Shown in pieces: positions 1-9,474 of a DNA stretch of 64,000 bases. A program made the position numbers and the translations under genes. Origin of the DNA: an uncultured Chloroflexia bacterium. Lineage in GTDB: Bacteria > Chloroflexota > Limnocylindria > Limnocylindrales > CSP1-4. The notes under the pieces were generated by a model. The model was given only the letters and a program-made list of their open reading frames with translations, searched no databases and had not been told where the DNA came from. The stretch spans positions 85,698 to 149,697 of the forward strand of contig CAVTIO010000009.1 of assembly GCA_963734935.1 (NCBI GenBank). Direction: 5' to 3'. Each line of letters starts with the position of its first letter. Position 1 is the first letter of the stretch.

Positions 1-3000
1 CGAGTCGCCGCCGGTGCTGGACGGGAGCGGCAGGTCGAGCAGCAGCCGGATCCGCTCGGTCGCCTGCCAGGCACCGGCCTCGTCGATCCCCTCGAGCCGG
101 AGCGCGTCCGCGATGGCCGTGGCAAACCGGAGCTCGTCGAACCAGGCGCGGCTCGTGGGTCCGACGGGCGCGCCGAGGGCGAGCGACCCGATGGGTGCGA
201 GCAGAGCCCAGGTGCGCAGGGCGGCCGCGTGGGAGGGATCCGCGATCGTGGCCACCTCCGGACCTGCCTGCGCCTCGTGCGTCTCGATCTCGTCGACGGT
301 CGCGGTCACATCACCGCTCACCCCGGTGGCCTCGGCCACCGCTCCTGCCAGGCGCTCGATCTCCGGGCGCGACGGAGCAGCGATCGCTGCGCGCAATGCG
401 TCATGGACCGGCGCGAGCTGCAGGTCGCGGAGAGCGCCCTCGAGAGACGGCACTCCCTGACCGCCGAGCCGCTCGGCCAGCCGGCTCCAGACCCCGCTGG
501 CATCCAGGACCTCGCGCATGTCCCAGTAGACGCGCGACTCATACGCCTGGAGCTGCACGTGCAGGCCGCGCTCGCGGATCTCGGCCACCGACCGCAGGTG
601 CTCAAGCCCGGAACGCTGCTCACGGAACGCAAGCCACCGTCCGTCGGCCGATCCCTCGGCCAGTCCCAGCGCCTCGGCCAGCGTTCGGCGCACGAGTCGC
701 TTCGACCCGTCGCCATCCTTGACTGCAAAGGCAGCCGAGTCCCGGACCCAGCCTGACGTCTCCGCATAGCGGTTGTGATAGACGACCAGCGACCGGGCTC
801 CACCGCTGCCGTTGGAGTACGCGAACACGTTCTCGTCAACACCGCCGAAGTCGTGCGCCACGTCGTACAGGAGGAAGTCGTGGGCCTCGGCGAAGTCGCC
901 CCGTCGGTGGAGCAGGGGCACGATCTCTCGCTCGTGCCGGCCGACCAGCCAGTCGTCGACGGCCTCGTCGTGGGTGGCCCGGCGGAACTCCATGCCGTAC
1001 TTCTCGGCAAAACCCTCGAACTGACCGTGGCCGAACATGGGCAGCCCCGGCAGCGTCGCGAGCAGCGTCGCGACCCCGAAGTACTTGTCGCCCTTGCCGA
1101 ACTGCTCGACCGCCGACTTCTCGTCCGGGTTGTTCATGAAGTTGACGTAGCGCTTGAGGATCTCGGGGTCGAACTCGAGCGTCTCCTTGAGCACCCGCCG
1201 GTAGCCGGCGTTGTCCTCGTCGCGGAGCATGTGCATGAACGCGCTGTTGTAGACGCGGTGCATGCCCAGGGTGCGCACGAAGTAGCCCTCGAGCAGCCAG
1301 AACGCCTCGGCCAGCAGGAGCGTGTCAGGCACCTCCGCCGCCACCCGATCGACGACCTCGCGCCAGAACTCGTGAGGCATCGCGGCATCGAACTCGGCCT
1401 GGGTCATCGTCCCGTGCTCGGCTCGTGACGGGATCGCACCACCGCCCTCGCCGGGGGCGGGGAACCACAGCCGGCGGACGTGCTTTCGGGCGAGCACCAT
1501 CGCCGCGTCGAACCGGATCACGGGGAACCGGCGCGCGACCGCGAGGATCGTCTGGATGACCTGCTCGCGGACGTCGGCGCGGCTGAAGTCGAGCTGCGCG
1601 GTGTCGTTCCAGGGGAAGCTGGTGCCATCGTTGCCGTGGTAGATGTAGCGCCGCTCTCCGGACCAGCGCTCACGTCGCTCGAACACCACCGCCGCGTCGC
1701 TGTTGTCCCAGTAGTGGTCCTCGATCCGGACCTCGACCCGGTCGTCGTTGCCCAGGTTGTCGCCACCGAACGTATAGCCGGGGTAGGGGGGCTCAGGCAC
1801 CGACAGGAACCATTCCGGGTGCTCCGCGACCCAATGCGAGTCGATGCCCATGTGGTTGGGCACCATGTCCGATGCGAGTCGGACGCCCCGCGACCAGGCC
1901 CGCTCGCGGAGGTTGGCCCACGCACCCTCGCCGCCCAGGTCGTCAGCGATCCGGTAGTCGTCGAGCGAGTAGGCGGACGCCGCCGCGTCAGGGTTGCCTC
2001 GCCAGGCCTTGATCCGCTGCGACGCGCCGCTCCGCTCCCACAGCCCGATCAGCCACAGGCCGGTGATGCCCCAGCGGGCCAGCCGGTCGAGCTCCCCGTC
2101 CGGGATCGCGTCCAGGGTGTGGATGTCGCGCTGGTAGCGGCGAGACAGCTGGTCCAGCCAGACATGGGTGCTCTTGGCGATCAGGACGAGGCGTGGCATC
2201 CAGGCCGAGTCGGACGAGAAGCGCTCGGGCTCAGCGTCGAGGCCCGACAGGTCGGGTGCTTCGCCGTGCCCGCCGCCATCGCCCGCGCCGCCGCCGAACC
2301 GCATGTGCAGCCCGCGCTCCTCCTCGGCCATCACGTCGAGCGTGAGCAGCAGCTCGTCGAGCAGGTCGTCGAGCGCGGTGCCCAGCAGGGGTCCCCAGCG
2401 CTCCCGGACGTAGCGGAGCTGGCCGGCGAGGGACGTTGGGTGGGCACGGGCCGGGGCCCGCAGCAGCTCCACCAGTCCCTCACCATCGGGACCGATCGGC
2501 GGGAGCGCGGCCTGGTAGCGCTCCAGGGCGCTGAACACCGTCGCTCGCTCGGTCGCCGGAAGCGGAGAATCGTCGACGAGGTCGCGCAATGGCCGCGCAG
2601 CCGGGTTCTCGTTGGCAATCCGGATCAGCAGCAGCTCCTCGAGTCGGACCGGGGCGGCCGCGCCGGCAACATCGGGGAACTCCTCGCCCAGCGCATCGAG
2701 CAGCTGGTCCACGAGCTCCGCGCCCAGGTCCCGGCGGAGGGTGGTGCCGGTTGCGTCCATGGCGGCTGGCGGCACGAGCTCGGCGGCTCGGGCCACGAGC
2801 AGGTGCTCGATCTCGTGGAGCAGCTCGAGCGCCGCCAGCTCACCAGCCTGGGCGCTGGGTTCGCTCGCGCGGCGGGTGGCGTTGACCGCAAGGGTTACCC
2901 GGCGGGCGTTGGCGATGTTCGCCGCCAATCGACGGCGCGGCGCGGGCGCGGTGGCCGACGGAGTGGCCGACTGCGGCGCGGGCGGTGGAACGATCGTGTC

Positions 3001-3048
3001 CAGGGTGAAACGGCGTCGTGCCGTACGTGAGATGGGAAGAGAGCGCAT
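1..3048 (-). CDS. GH13 alpha-amylase-family protein (partial; C-terminal end lies beyond window start)
   Basis: My own reverse-complement translation gives a continuous protein-like frame with no in-window stop, which is why it is absent from the ORF track. It contains ...LWLIGLWERS...RLASDMVPNHMGIDSHWVAEHPEWFLSVPEPPYPGYTFGGDNLGNDD, a GH13 region-I-like D-x-VPNH motif (TreY/branching-enzyme-like). The plus-strand ORFs 775..1428 and 1480..3030 are its antisense shadows. Start codon uncertain; ATG at 3048 is the most upstream candidate. Confidence 0.55.
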   Translation of the reverse strand, partial: MRSLPISRTARRRFTLDTIVPPPAPQSATPSATAPAPRRRLAANIANARRVTLAVNATRRASEPSAQAGELAALELLHEIEHLLVARAAELVPPAAMDATGTTLRRDLGAELVDQLLDALGEEFPDVAGAAAPVRLEELLLIRIANENPAARPLRDLVDDSPLPATERATVFSALERYQAALPPIGPDGEGLVELLRAPARAHPTSLAGQLRYVRERWGPLLGTALDDLLDELLLTLDVMAEEERGLHMRFGGGAGDGGGHGEAPDLSGLDAEPERFSSDSAWMPRLVLIAKSTHVWLDQLSRRYQRDIHTLDAIPDGELDRLARWGITGLWLIGLWERSGASQRIKAWRGNPDAAASAYSLDDYRIADDLGGEGAWANLRERAWSRGVRLASDMVPNHMGIDSHWVAEHPEWFLSVPEPPYPGYTFGGDNLGNDDRVEVRIEDHYWDNSDAAVVFERRERWSGERRYIYHGNDGTSFPWNDTAQLDFSRADVREQVIQTILAVARRFPVIRFDAAMVLARKHVRRLWFPAPGEGGGAIPSRAEHGTMTQAEFDAAMPHEFWREVVDRVAAEVPDTLLLAEAFWLLEGYFVRTLGMHRVYNSAFMHMLRDEDNAGYRRVLKETLEFDPEILKRYVNFMNNPDEKSAVEQFGKGDKYFGVATLLATLPGLPMFGHGQFEGFAEKYGMEFRRATHDEAVDDWLVGRHEREIVPLLHRRGDFAEAHDFLLYDVAHDFGGVDENVFAYSNGSGGARSLVVYHNRYAETSGWVRDSAAFAVKDGDGSKRLVRRTLAEALGLAEGSADGRWLAFREQRSGLEHLRSVAEIRERGLHVQLQAYESRVYWDMREVLDASGVWSRLAERLGGQGVPSLEGALRDLQLAPVHDALRAAIAAPSRPEIERLAGAVAEATGVSGDVTATVDEIETHEAQAGPEVATIADPSHAAALRTWALLAPIGSLALGAPVGPTSRAWFDELRFATAIADALRLEGIDEAGAWQATERIRLLLDLPLPSSTGGDS

Positions 3049-3092
3049 CCCCACCAGTGTGACACCCGAGCCAACTCCCCACCGGGCAGTGC

Positions 3093-6000
3093 TCATGCGT
3101 GCTCGGCGGTGGCCTTCGGCTCCAGGATGTCGGCGATGCCGCGCAGCGGGATGATCAGCCAGTCGGGCCGCGCGCTCAGCTCGTACTGGAGCTCGTAGGC
3201 GGCCTTCTGGAGCAGCAGCACGTCGAGCATGACCTCGCGACCCTCGTCCGTCGGCGGGAGGATGCCGCTGGCGTCGGTCTCACGGAAGTAGCCGCGCAGG
3301 AACGCTGCCGCGGACTCCACGTACCAGGCCTCGGCCCAGGCGTCGAGCGCGGACCGCTGTGGCTCACCCCGGATCACAAGGGTCCCGACCGCGGCGTAGT
3401 GCAGCGAGCGGATCATCCCGGCGACGTCGGTCAGCGCGGGCCGCATCAGCCGTCGCTGGCTGATCGCGTTGAGCGGCTGTCCCTCGAAGTCGGTGATCAT
3501 CAGGTCGTCCCCGGTCACGAGCACCTGACCTGCGTGGTAGTCGCCGTGGCACCGGATCCGGATGCCCCCGATCCCGCCCTTGAGGAGACGACGCAGGTGC
3601 TCGTCGACGCGGGCGCCTCGGGCAAGCACGACCTGCGCCTGCTCGACAGCGGGTCCGGGCAACGCCTCCATCTCATCCCTGAGCTGGCGCAGCGCGTGTC
3701 CGGTGCTGGCGCGGACCGACTGGTAGAGCGCGCGCTGGTGGAACGGCGTCATCGGCTCGGGCGCGAACGCGGGATCATCGCTCTTCTGGGCAAGCACGCG
3801 ATGGAGCTCGCCGGTCCGCTGGCCGAGCAGCTCGGCCGTCGGGAGGAATGAACCCACCAGCGACGCGTGGGGCCCGGCATCGCTCGCCTCGCGGCTGCGC
3901 GCGATGATGGCCGACACCGAGCGGTCCACGATCGGCGGGTCAATGCCCAGCCCGACGGCCGACTCGAGGTAGCCCTCGACCGCGCTGCGTGCGACGTCGA
4001 ACGCATCTCCGCGGTTCTCCACGTACGCCTGCAGGACTGCCGCCGACGCCTTGCCGCGCTTCGTCCGGTACTCCAGCCAGCCGCCCAGCGCGGGAGCGTG
4101 CCGGAACCCGCGCTGGGTCAGCGCGCGGCCCATCTCGATCTCGGGGTTCTCACCAGCTTCGATCACCCGGTACAGCTTGAGGATGCCCCGGTCGCCCCAC
4201 ACCACGGACGTGTTGGTCTGCTCGCCCCGCAGCGCCTCCACCGCTGGTTTCGCACCCGGCTTCCCGGCGACCCTGGAGGTGGCGCCGGTTGCCTTGCCAA
4301 CGAGCTCTCCATCCCGGCCGGCGATCCGGCGGCGACCGGTGAGGAGGGCGACGAGCGCGCGCACGAACTCCGGCTCGCCCGCGGCGTCGATGAGGTACCC
4401 GGTCGGCATGTGATCGCCGATCAGTCGCGCGATCAAGCGCGCGTCCTCAGGCTCCGGACCCGTGGCATCGACGATCCCCATCGGGATGCTGTACATCTCG
4501 GGCTCCCCGTCAGAGTAGGTCACCTCGAACAGCAGGAGACACAGCGTCCGCTCGTGCCCGGGGATCGGCAGCAGATCCGCGATGCGCGATGTGCGGATGC
4601 GCCTGCCCCGGCCGCGAAACCAGCGGCGATCGGCGATCCACTCGACCAGCCGCTCGGCCAGCTCGCTGACGACCGGCGGGTTGACCAGGTCGGACATCGT
4701 TCGTGGTCGCTCGAGCGTTCCCGGCGTACGCTCGCTCGTGGTTCCCCCGGGGTTGGTGCTGGGACGCAGCTGGAACCAGTAGAAGGCGTGCGGCCCGAGC
4801 GTCAGCGGATACGACGGGCCCTCGATCGCCGGGAACTCGACCGATCCGAACAGCTCGACGGGGACCATCCCGATGAACAGGCTGAGATCGAGCGAGGTCC
4901 ACTGAACGTAGCGCGAGAGGTTGGCGACGATCAGCAATGTCTCGTGCTCGTGGCGCCTGACGAACGCGATCACCTTGCGGTTCTCGGGGTTGAGGATCGC
5001 GATCGAGCCCTGCCCGAATGCCGGGTGTCGCCGACGGAGGGCGATCAGCCGGCGCATCCACCACAGCAGCGAGTGCGGGTTCGCCAGCTGTGCGTCGACG
5101 TTGATCGCTTCATGGTGGTACTCGGGATCCACGATTGGAGGCAGGTAGAGCCGCTGGCGGTTGGCAGTCGAGAATCCGGCGTTGCGATCCGGGCTCCACT
5201 GCATCGGCGTCCGCACCCCGTTTCGGTCGCCGAGGTAGACGTTGTCACCCATCCCGATCTCGTCGCCGTAGTAGATGACGGGCGTCCCGGGCAGCGAGAA
5301 CAGGAGCCCGTTCATGAGCTCGATGCGTCGCCGGTTGTTGCCCAGGAGCGGTGCGAGCCGGCGGCGGATTCCGAGGTTGATGCGGGCCTGCGGGTCGCTC
5401 GCATAGGCGCGGTACATGAAGTCCCGCTCCTCGTCGGTGACCATCTCGAGCGTCAGCTCGTCGTGATTGCGCAGGAACATGGCCCACTGCGCGGTCTCCG
5501 GAATCGACGGCGTCTGCTCCAGGATGTCGAGGATCGGGAACCGGTCTTCCATCCGGATCGACATGAACAGGCGCGGCATCACCGGGAAGTGGAACGCCAT
5601 GTGGCACTCGGGACGCTCGTCGGTCCCCAGGTACTGGACGGCCTCCTCGGGCCACTGGTTCGCCTCGGCCAGCAGCATCCGGTCGCCATAGCGCTCGTCC
5701 ATATGCTGCCGAAGGTCTGCCAGGAATGCGTGGGTCTCGGGGAGGTTCTCGCCGTTGGTCCCCTCGCGCTCGTAGAGGTAGGGGATCGCGTCGAGGCGGA
5801 TCCCGTCGATGCCCATGTCCAGCCAGTAGTCGAGGGTCTGGAGCACCGCTTCGCGAACGCGCGGGTTGTCGAAGTTGAGATCCGGCTGGTGGCCGAAGAA
5901 GCGATGCCAGTAGTACGCGCCGGCGACCGGATCCCAGCTCCAGTTCGACGTCTCGTAATCCTTGAAGATGATCCGGGCGTCGGAATAGCGGTCGGCCGTG

Positions 6001-6443
6001 TCCGACCACACGTAGAAGTTGCGGTGCGAGCTGCCGGGCGGCGCGTGCCTGGCGCGCTGGAACCATGGGTGCTGATCCGAGGTGTGGTTGCACACGAGCT
6101 CCGTGATCACCCGCAGTCCGCGGCGATGGGCTTCGCGGACGAAGGTGCGCACATCCCGAAGCGTGCCGTAGTCGGGATTGACCTCACGATAGTCGGCGAT
6201 GTCGTATCCGTCGTCGCGACCTGGCGAGGGGTAGAACGGGAGCAGCCAGATCGCCGTGATTCCCAGGTCGGCGAGGTAGTCCAGCTTGGTGGTCAGCCCC
6301 TGGAAGTCGCCGATCCCATTGCTGTCGCTGTCCATGAACGCGCGGACGTGGAGCTCATAGATGATGGCATCCTTGTACCACCGCGGATCTTTGGCCAGCC
6401 CATTGCGACCCGGGCTGGCGGGAGGCGGGGATGGGCGTTTCAC
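3093..6443 (-). CDS. treS: Trehalose synthase (maltose alpha-D-glucosyltransferase) fused to maltokinase (TreS-Pep2/Mak fusion)
   Basis: 1116 aa. The N-terminus is [18 protein letters not shown]...[16 protein letters not shown]...[15 protein letters not shown] (GH13 TreS signature). The C-terminal ~450 aa is kinase-like (...[26 protein letters not shown]), as in TreS-Mak fusion proteins. Confidence 0.9.
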   Translation of the reverse strand: MKRPSPPPASPGRNGLAKDPRWYKDAIIYELHVRAFMDSDSNGIGDFQGLTTKLDYLADLGITAIWLLPFYPSPGRDDGYDIADYREVNPDYGTLRDVRTFVREAHRRGLRVITELVCNHTSDQHPWFQRARHAPPGSSHRNFYVWSDTADRYSDARIIFKDYETSNWSWDPVAGAYYWHRFFGHQPDLNFDNPRVREAVLQTLDYWLDMGIDGIRLDAIPYLYEREGTNGENLPETHAFLADLRQHMDERYGDRMLLAEANQWPEEAVQYLGTDERPECHMAFHFPVMPRLFMSIRMEDRFPILDILEQTPSIPETAQWAMFLRNHDELTLEMVTDEERDFMYRAYASDPQARINLGIRRRLAPLLGNNRRRIELMNGLLFSLPGTPVIYYGDEIGMGDNVYLGDRNGVRTPMQWSPDRNAGFSTANRQRLYLPPIVDPEYHHEAINVDAQLANPHSLLWWMRRLIALRRRHPAFGQGSIAILNPENRKVIAFVRRHEHETLLIVANLSRYVQWTSLDLSLFIGMVPVELFGSVEFPAIEGPSYPLTLGPHAFYWFQLRPSTNPGGTTSERTPGTLERPRTMSDLVNPPVVSELAERLVEWIADRRWFRGRGRRIRTSRIADLLPIPGHERTLCLLLFEVTYSDGEPEMYSIPMGIVDATGPEPEDARLIARLIGDHMPTGYLIDAAGEPEFVRALVALLTGRRRIAGRDGELVGKATGATSRVAGKPGAKPAVEALRGEQTNTSVVWGDRGILKLYRVIEAGENPEIEMGRALTQRGFRHAPALGGWLEYRTKRGKASAAVLQAYVENRGDAFDVARSAVEGYLESAVGLGIDPPIVDRSVSAIIARSREASDAGPHASLVGSFLPTAELLGQRTGELHRVLAQKSDDPAFAPEPMTPFHQRALYQSVRASTGHALRQLRDEMEALPGPAVEQAQVVLARGARVDEHLRRLLKGGIGGIRIRCHGDYHAGQVLVTGDDLMITDFEGQPLNAISQRRLMRPALTDVAGMIRSLHYAAVGTLVIRGEPQRSALDAWAEAWYVESAAAFLRGYFRETDASGILPPTDEGREVMLDVLLLQKAAYELQYELSARPDWLIIPLRGIADILEPKATAEHA

Positions 6444-6615
6444 CAGCTACAAGCCTCCCTGGCAGACGGGTCACGGCCAAAGGTCCGGTCAGCTCACCCT
6501 ATGGGGCGCCGGCAGCGCCTGTCAACGCGCAGGCACCCGGCTCGCCGTCAACCTCGCCGGGTGACACGCGCGGACGCACCGTCGGGCGTGCGGATCATGG
6601 TTTGCCGGACGGGCC

Positions 6616-7692
6616 TCAGCGCTCGCCCGTGATCAGTGGATCCAGCTCGATGGGCCCCGGATCGGGCGCCCGGGCGGACTCGACCCGTTCCACGGCCCGC
6701 CGCAGCAGCTCCAGGCCGGCCGGATCGAGCTCGTAGCTCCATTCGCGCAGCCGGGCGGGTCGGCTGAACCGGGCCTCGAGGCCCAGCGCGGTGGCCTCGC
6801 GCGACAGCAGCACGAGGTCCGCGTCGCGGTCGACGAGCGCGAGCTCGGTCTCCGTATGGGCGACGGCCGGGATGAGCTCGACGCCGGTTGCCCCGGAGCT
6901 CTCCAGGACCTCGGCGACGTTCGCGACCCCGCGCTCCGAGCCGCACACCAGGCCAACCTTCGAGCCCGCCGGCAGGCTGGCGACCTCCTGGACCAGATCA
7001 ACGTACCCGGGGCCAACCAGCATCGCCACCAGTGGCAACCGGCCACCGACGATCGCGTGGGCCTCGTCCGCGTGGAACGTGGTGGTCGCAACCAGGTCGT
7101 AGTGATAGCGATCGAGTCGCTCAGGGATCTCCTCGAGCAGTACCCCTGACACCGCGACGCGGTCGGGGAATGCCTCGACGATCTGTTCTGCATCGTAGGT
7201 GGCGTCAGCAGTCGTGCACTCGGCGAACAGCAGGTGCACCCGCTGCCCCGGTCGCCGGCGCGCGCTGGCGGCGGTGAAGGTCGCCTGGGCCACCTCATCG
7301 GGCGAGAACCCGAGCTGCGCCGCCCGTCGCAGCGTCTCCGCGACGATGCCGGCCAGGGCGTCCGAGCCCCGTCGAACGGGCGGGCGATCGACCACCCGGG
7401 TGCCGGCCCCATGGCGACCCACCACGTAGCCCGCCTCGGCCAGGCGTCGGTACACCGCGCGGATCGTGTTGGGGTTGACGCGCATCGCGGCCCCGAGCTC
7501 ACGCACGGGCGGCAGGCGCGTTGCGGGCTGGAGGCGCCCGGACTCGATCTGGTAGGCCAGCTGCCAGTAGATCTGGGTCGAGATGGGCACGTCGGAATCG
7601 CGCTCGATGTCAAGCTCATGCGAGCTCGTATTCGAGGGGGTGAGCACCGGCTGGGCGTCGGTGGTGCCCCGATCGTCCTGCGCGCTTGACAT
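6616..7692 (-). CDS. GntR-family transcriptional regulator with C-terminal ligand-binding domain
   Basis: N-terminal winged HTH PISTQIYWQLAYQIESGRLQPATRLPPVRELGAAMRVNPNTIRAVYRRLAEAGYV; 358 aa. Confidence 0.8.
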   Translation of the reverse strand: MSSAQDDRGTTDAQPVLTPSNTSSHELDIERDSDVPISTQIYWQLAYQIESGRLQPATRLPPVRELGAAMRVNPNTIRAVYRRLAEAGYVVGRHGAGTRVVDRPPVRRGSDALAGIVAETLRRAAQLGFSPDEVAQATFTAASARRRPGQRVHLLFAECTTADATYDAEQIVEAFPDRVAVSGVLLEEIPERLDRYHYDLVATTTFHADEAHAIVGGRLPLVAMLVGPGYVDLVQEVASLPAGSKVGLVCGSERGVANVAEVLESSGATGVELIPAVAHTETELALVDRDADLVLLSREATALGLEARFSRPARLREWSYELDPAGLELLRRAVERVESARAPDPGPIELDPLITGER

Positions 7693-7695
7693 AGT

Positions 7696-7734
7696 GGACT
7701 AGTCCAACTAATCTTGCCTTGGCCTAGTTGACTA
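7696..7734. promoter_or_regulatory. Candidate GntR operator: perfect 10-bp palindrome GGACTAGTCC plus imperfect inverted repeat TAGTCCAACTA(N14)TAGTTGACTA
   Basis: Seen directly in the sequence, immediately upstream of the GntR start codon (7692, minus strand) in a locally AT-richer divergent region. GT..AC-type palindromes are typical GntR-family operators. Confidence 0.4.
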
Positions 7735-7774
7735 TACCAACCCGGCCACAACACTCGACGTTACGAGATTGAGA

Positions 7775-7900
7775 ATGGAATTCCTCCTGCCGCTGATCGT
7801 CCTGATGGTGCTCGCCGTGATTGCGCTCGAGGTGGGTGTCGATTCGCGTGACGGGTCGCCCGATCCGCGCCGCTCCAACTACCCGATCGGGCTCAACTGA
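7775..7900 (+). CDS. Hypothetical small membrane peptide (41 aa)
   Basis: ATG..TGA ORF encoding MEFLLPLIVLMVLAVIALEVGVDSRDGSPDPRRSNYPIGLN, one hydrophobic helix. It is divergent from the GntR gene, has a weak GAGA-type SD, and is not in the ORF track because it is under 60 aa. Confidence 0.25.
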   Translation: MEFLLPLIVLMVLAVIALEVGVDSRDGSPDPRRSNYPIGLN

Positions 7901-8041
7901 TCGCCCGCTGATCTGCCCCGCATGTGGGGCGCCGACCCACCCCTCCTTCTCGGCGCCTCACGAACGACCCCCGGACACCCATCCGGGGGTCGTTCTGCGT
8001 CTCCAGCAGCCCCACCGTGATGGCGCGACGCAACGGCACGG

Positions 8042-9461
8042 TCAGGCACCGGGCGGTGGCTGACCGACCTCGCTGAGCGCCTGGCGGTAGATCGCTTCGC
8101 CGTCGATGCCGAGCGCTGGCGAGCTGACGCTGGCGAGGTCTGCGACGAGTCTCAATTCCAGGTGCTCGTGGGTGAGGGTGTCGATGAGACGGACGGCGCG
8201 TGCGGCGGCCCGCATCACCTGGTGCGTCTCGGTCCGTGCCGGGTCGTCCCAGAACCAGCCGTCCGAGGCGAACATCGCAAGGCGCCAGCGCTGCGCCTCG
8301 AGCAATGTCAGCAGGTGGCGACGATCTCGCGGCCGTGCGTCCCGGCCGAGGATATCCAGCGCGAACGCCTTTGCCGTTGTCGCACCCGTGACCACGTCCA
8401 CGTAGCGGTCCCTCGCGTCCCACACGTCGTCCAGGCTGCGAACCTCGAGCGCGCTCGTCTCGGTGGCCTCGTCGATGGCGCCCGCCAACCGGTCGAACGC
8501 GGATCGCAGCGGCGCCTTCCATCGTCCGTCCGGGACGTCCGGGCACTCGGCGTGCCAGCGAAGGACCCCGTGGTGGCAGCTCCACGAGGAGCGATCCCGG
8601 ATCCGGATCTCCGGACGAACGGCGTCGCCCCCAAGGCCGACTGCAGTGGCTATGTCGGTCACATCGAAGCCTCGGTCGACGCCACCCGAGCCCGGATCCA
8701 CGAGCCGCTCGAGGAACAGGTCTCGGAAGGACTGGTGGTGCCCGTAGAGCTCGCCGTCGGTGGCGATCACGACCATCGGCGGGTTCCCGTCCGGCAGCGG
8801 TTGCGCGAGGCGCGGCGCGACGCGCTCGCGGGCGAAGCGATCGGCATCGGCAGTCGCCGCCGGCTCGAACGACACGGCGCCCGACAGGTCGCCATCGTAG
8901 AACGCCACCGTGAGATGCTGACCCGCTCCGAGCTCGACGCGATACGGCTGTCGGGTGTCGAGATGCGGGTCGTCGGACTGCCACGGTGCCAGGAGTCACG
9001 GCCTCGATCCCGGCTGACCCGAGCGTTCGCAGGGTGGCCATGTCCACGGCCGCCTCGGGCAGCCACATGGCCCGCGGACGGCGGCCGAACCGGAGCTCGA
9101 AGTCACGAATCCCCCAGGCCACCTCGGTCCGACGGTCGTGCGCGGCTGACAGGGGCAGGATCGAGTGGTGGAAGGCCTGCGCGATCCCGGTCCCGCCGCC
9201 ATCCCGGTCGCCCGCCGCGAACCCGGCCAGCACCTCCGGTGCCTCGGCAGCGAGATAGTCGGTGAGGGTGGGGCCGGCATCCCACGAGATGTGGCCCGGG
9301 ATACCGTGCTCGGCGATCGGCCGGTAGCACTCCTCGGTGATCCGGGCATTCCAGTCCCGGTATGGCGCGGCCGATGGATCGGGCGGGATCTGGTTCGAGA
9401 ACGGGTCGATGCGGAGGGGCTGATAGAAGTGGGCGTGGACGACCAGCCGGCCCCGCGTCAC
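8042..9461 (-). pseudogene. GH57-family glycoside hydrolase, disrupted by a frameshift (or sequencing error) near 8990-9010
   Basis: The 5' part (frame of ORF 7893..9461) reads LVVHAHFYQPLR...WGIRDFELRFGRRPRAMWLPEAAVDMATLRTLGSAGIEAVT, a GH57 N-terminal HxHxPxxR motif. Translation then degenerates. Shifting +1 gives LLAPWQSDDPHLDTRQPYRVELGAGQHLTVAFYDGDLSGAV...VVIATDGELYGHHQSF (GH57 catalytic region) continuing to the stop at 8042 (ORF 8042..8908). Confidence 0.6.
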
Positions 9462-9474
9462 CAGACTCCGCCGG

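Noticed and set aside
775-3030. Plus-strand ORFs 775..1428 (217 aa) and 1480..3030 (516 aa)
   Set aside because: Their composition (Val/Leu/His/Glu/Arg/Asp-rich, no motifs) is typical of antisense reading of a high-GC gene. The minus strand here encodes a convincing GH13 protein.
3867-6632. 921-aa plus-strand ORF
   Set aside because: It is a shadow ORF on the opposite strand of the TreS-maltokinase gene, with low-complexity Arg/Ala/Gly/Pro composition and no domain signature.
6633-7754. 373-aa minus-strand ORF overlapping the GntR gene
   Set aside because: It is an alternative frame of the same strand, Ser/Arg/Pro/Trp-rich. The frame starting at 7692 carries the GntR HTH.
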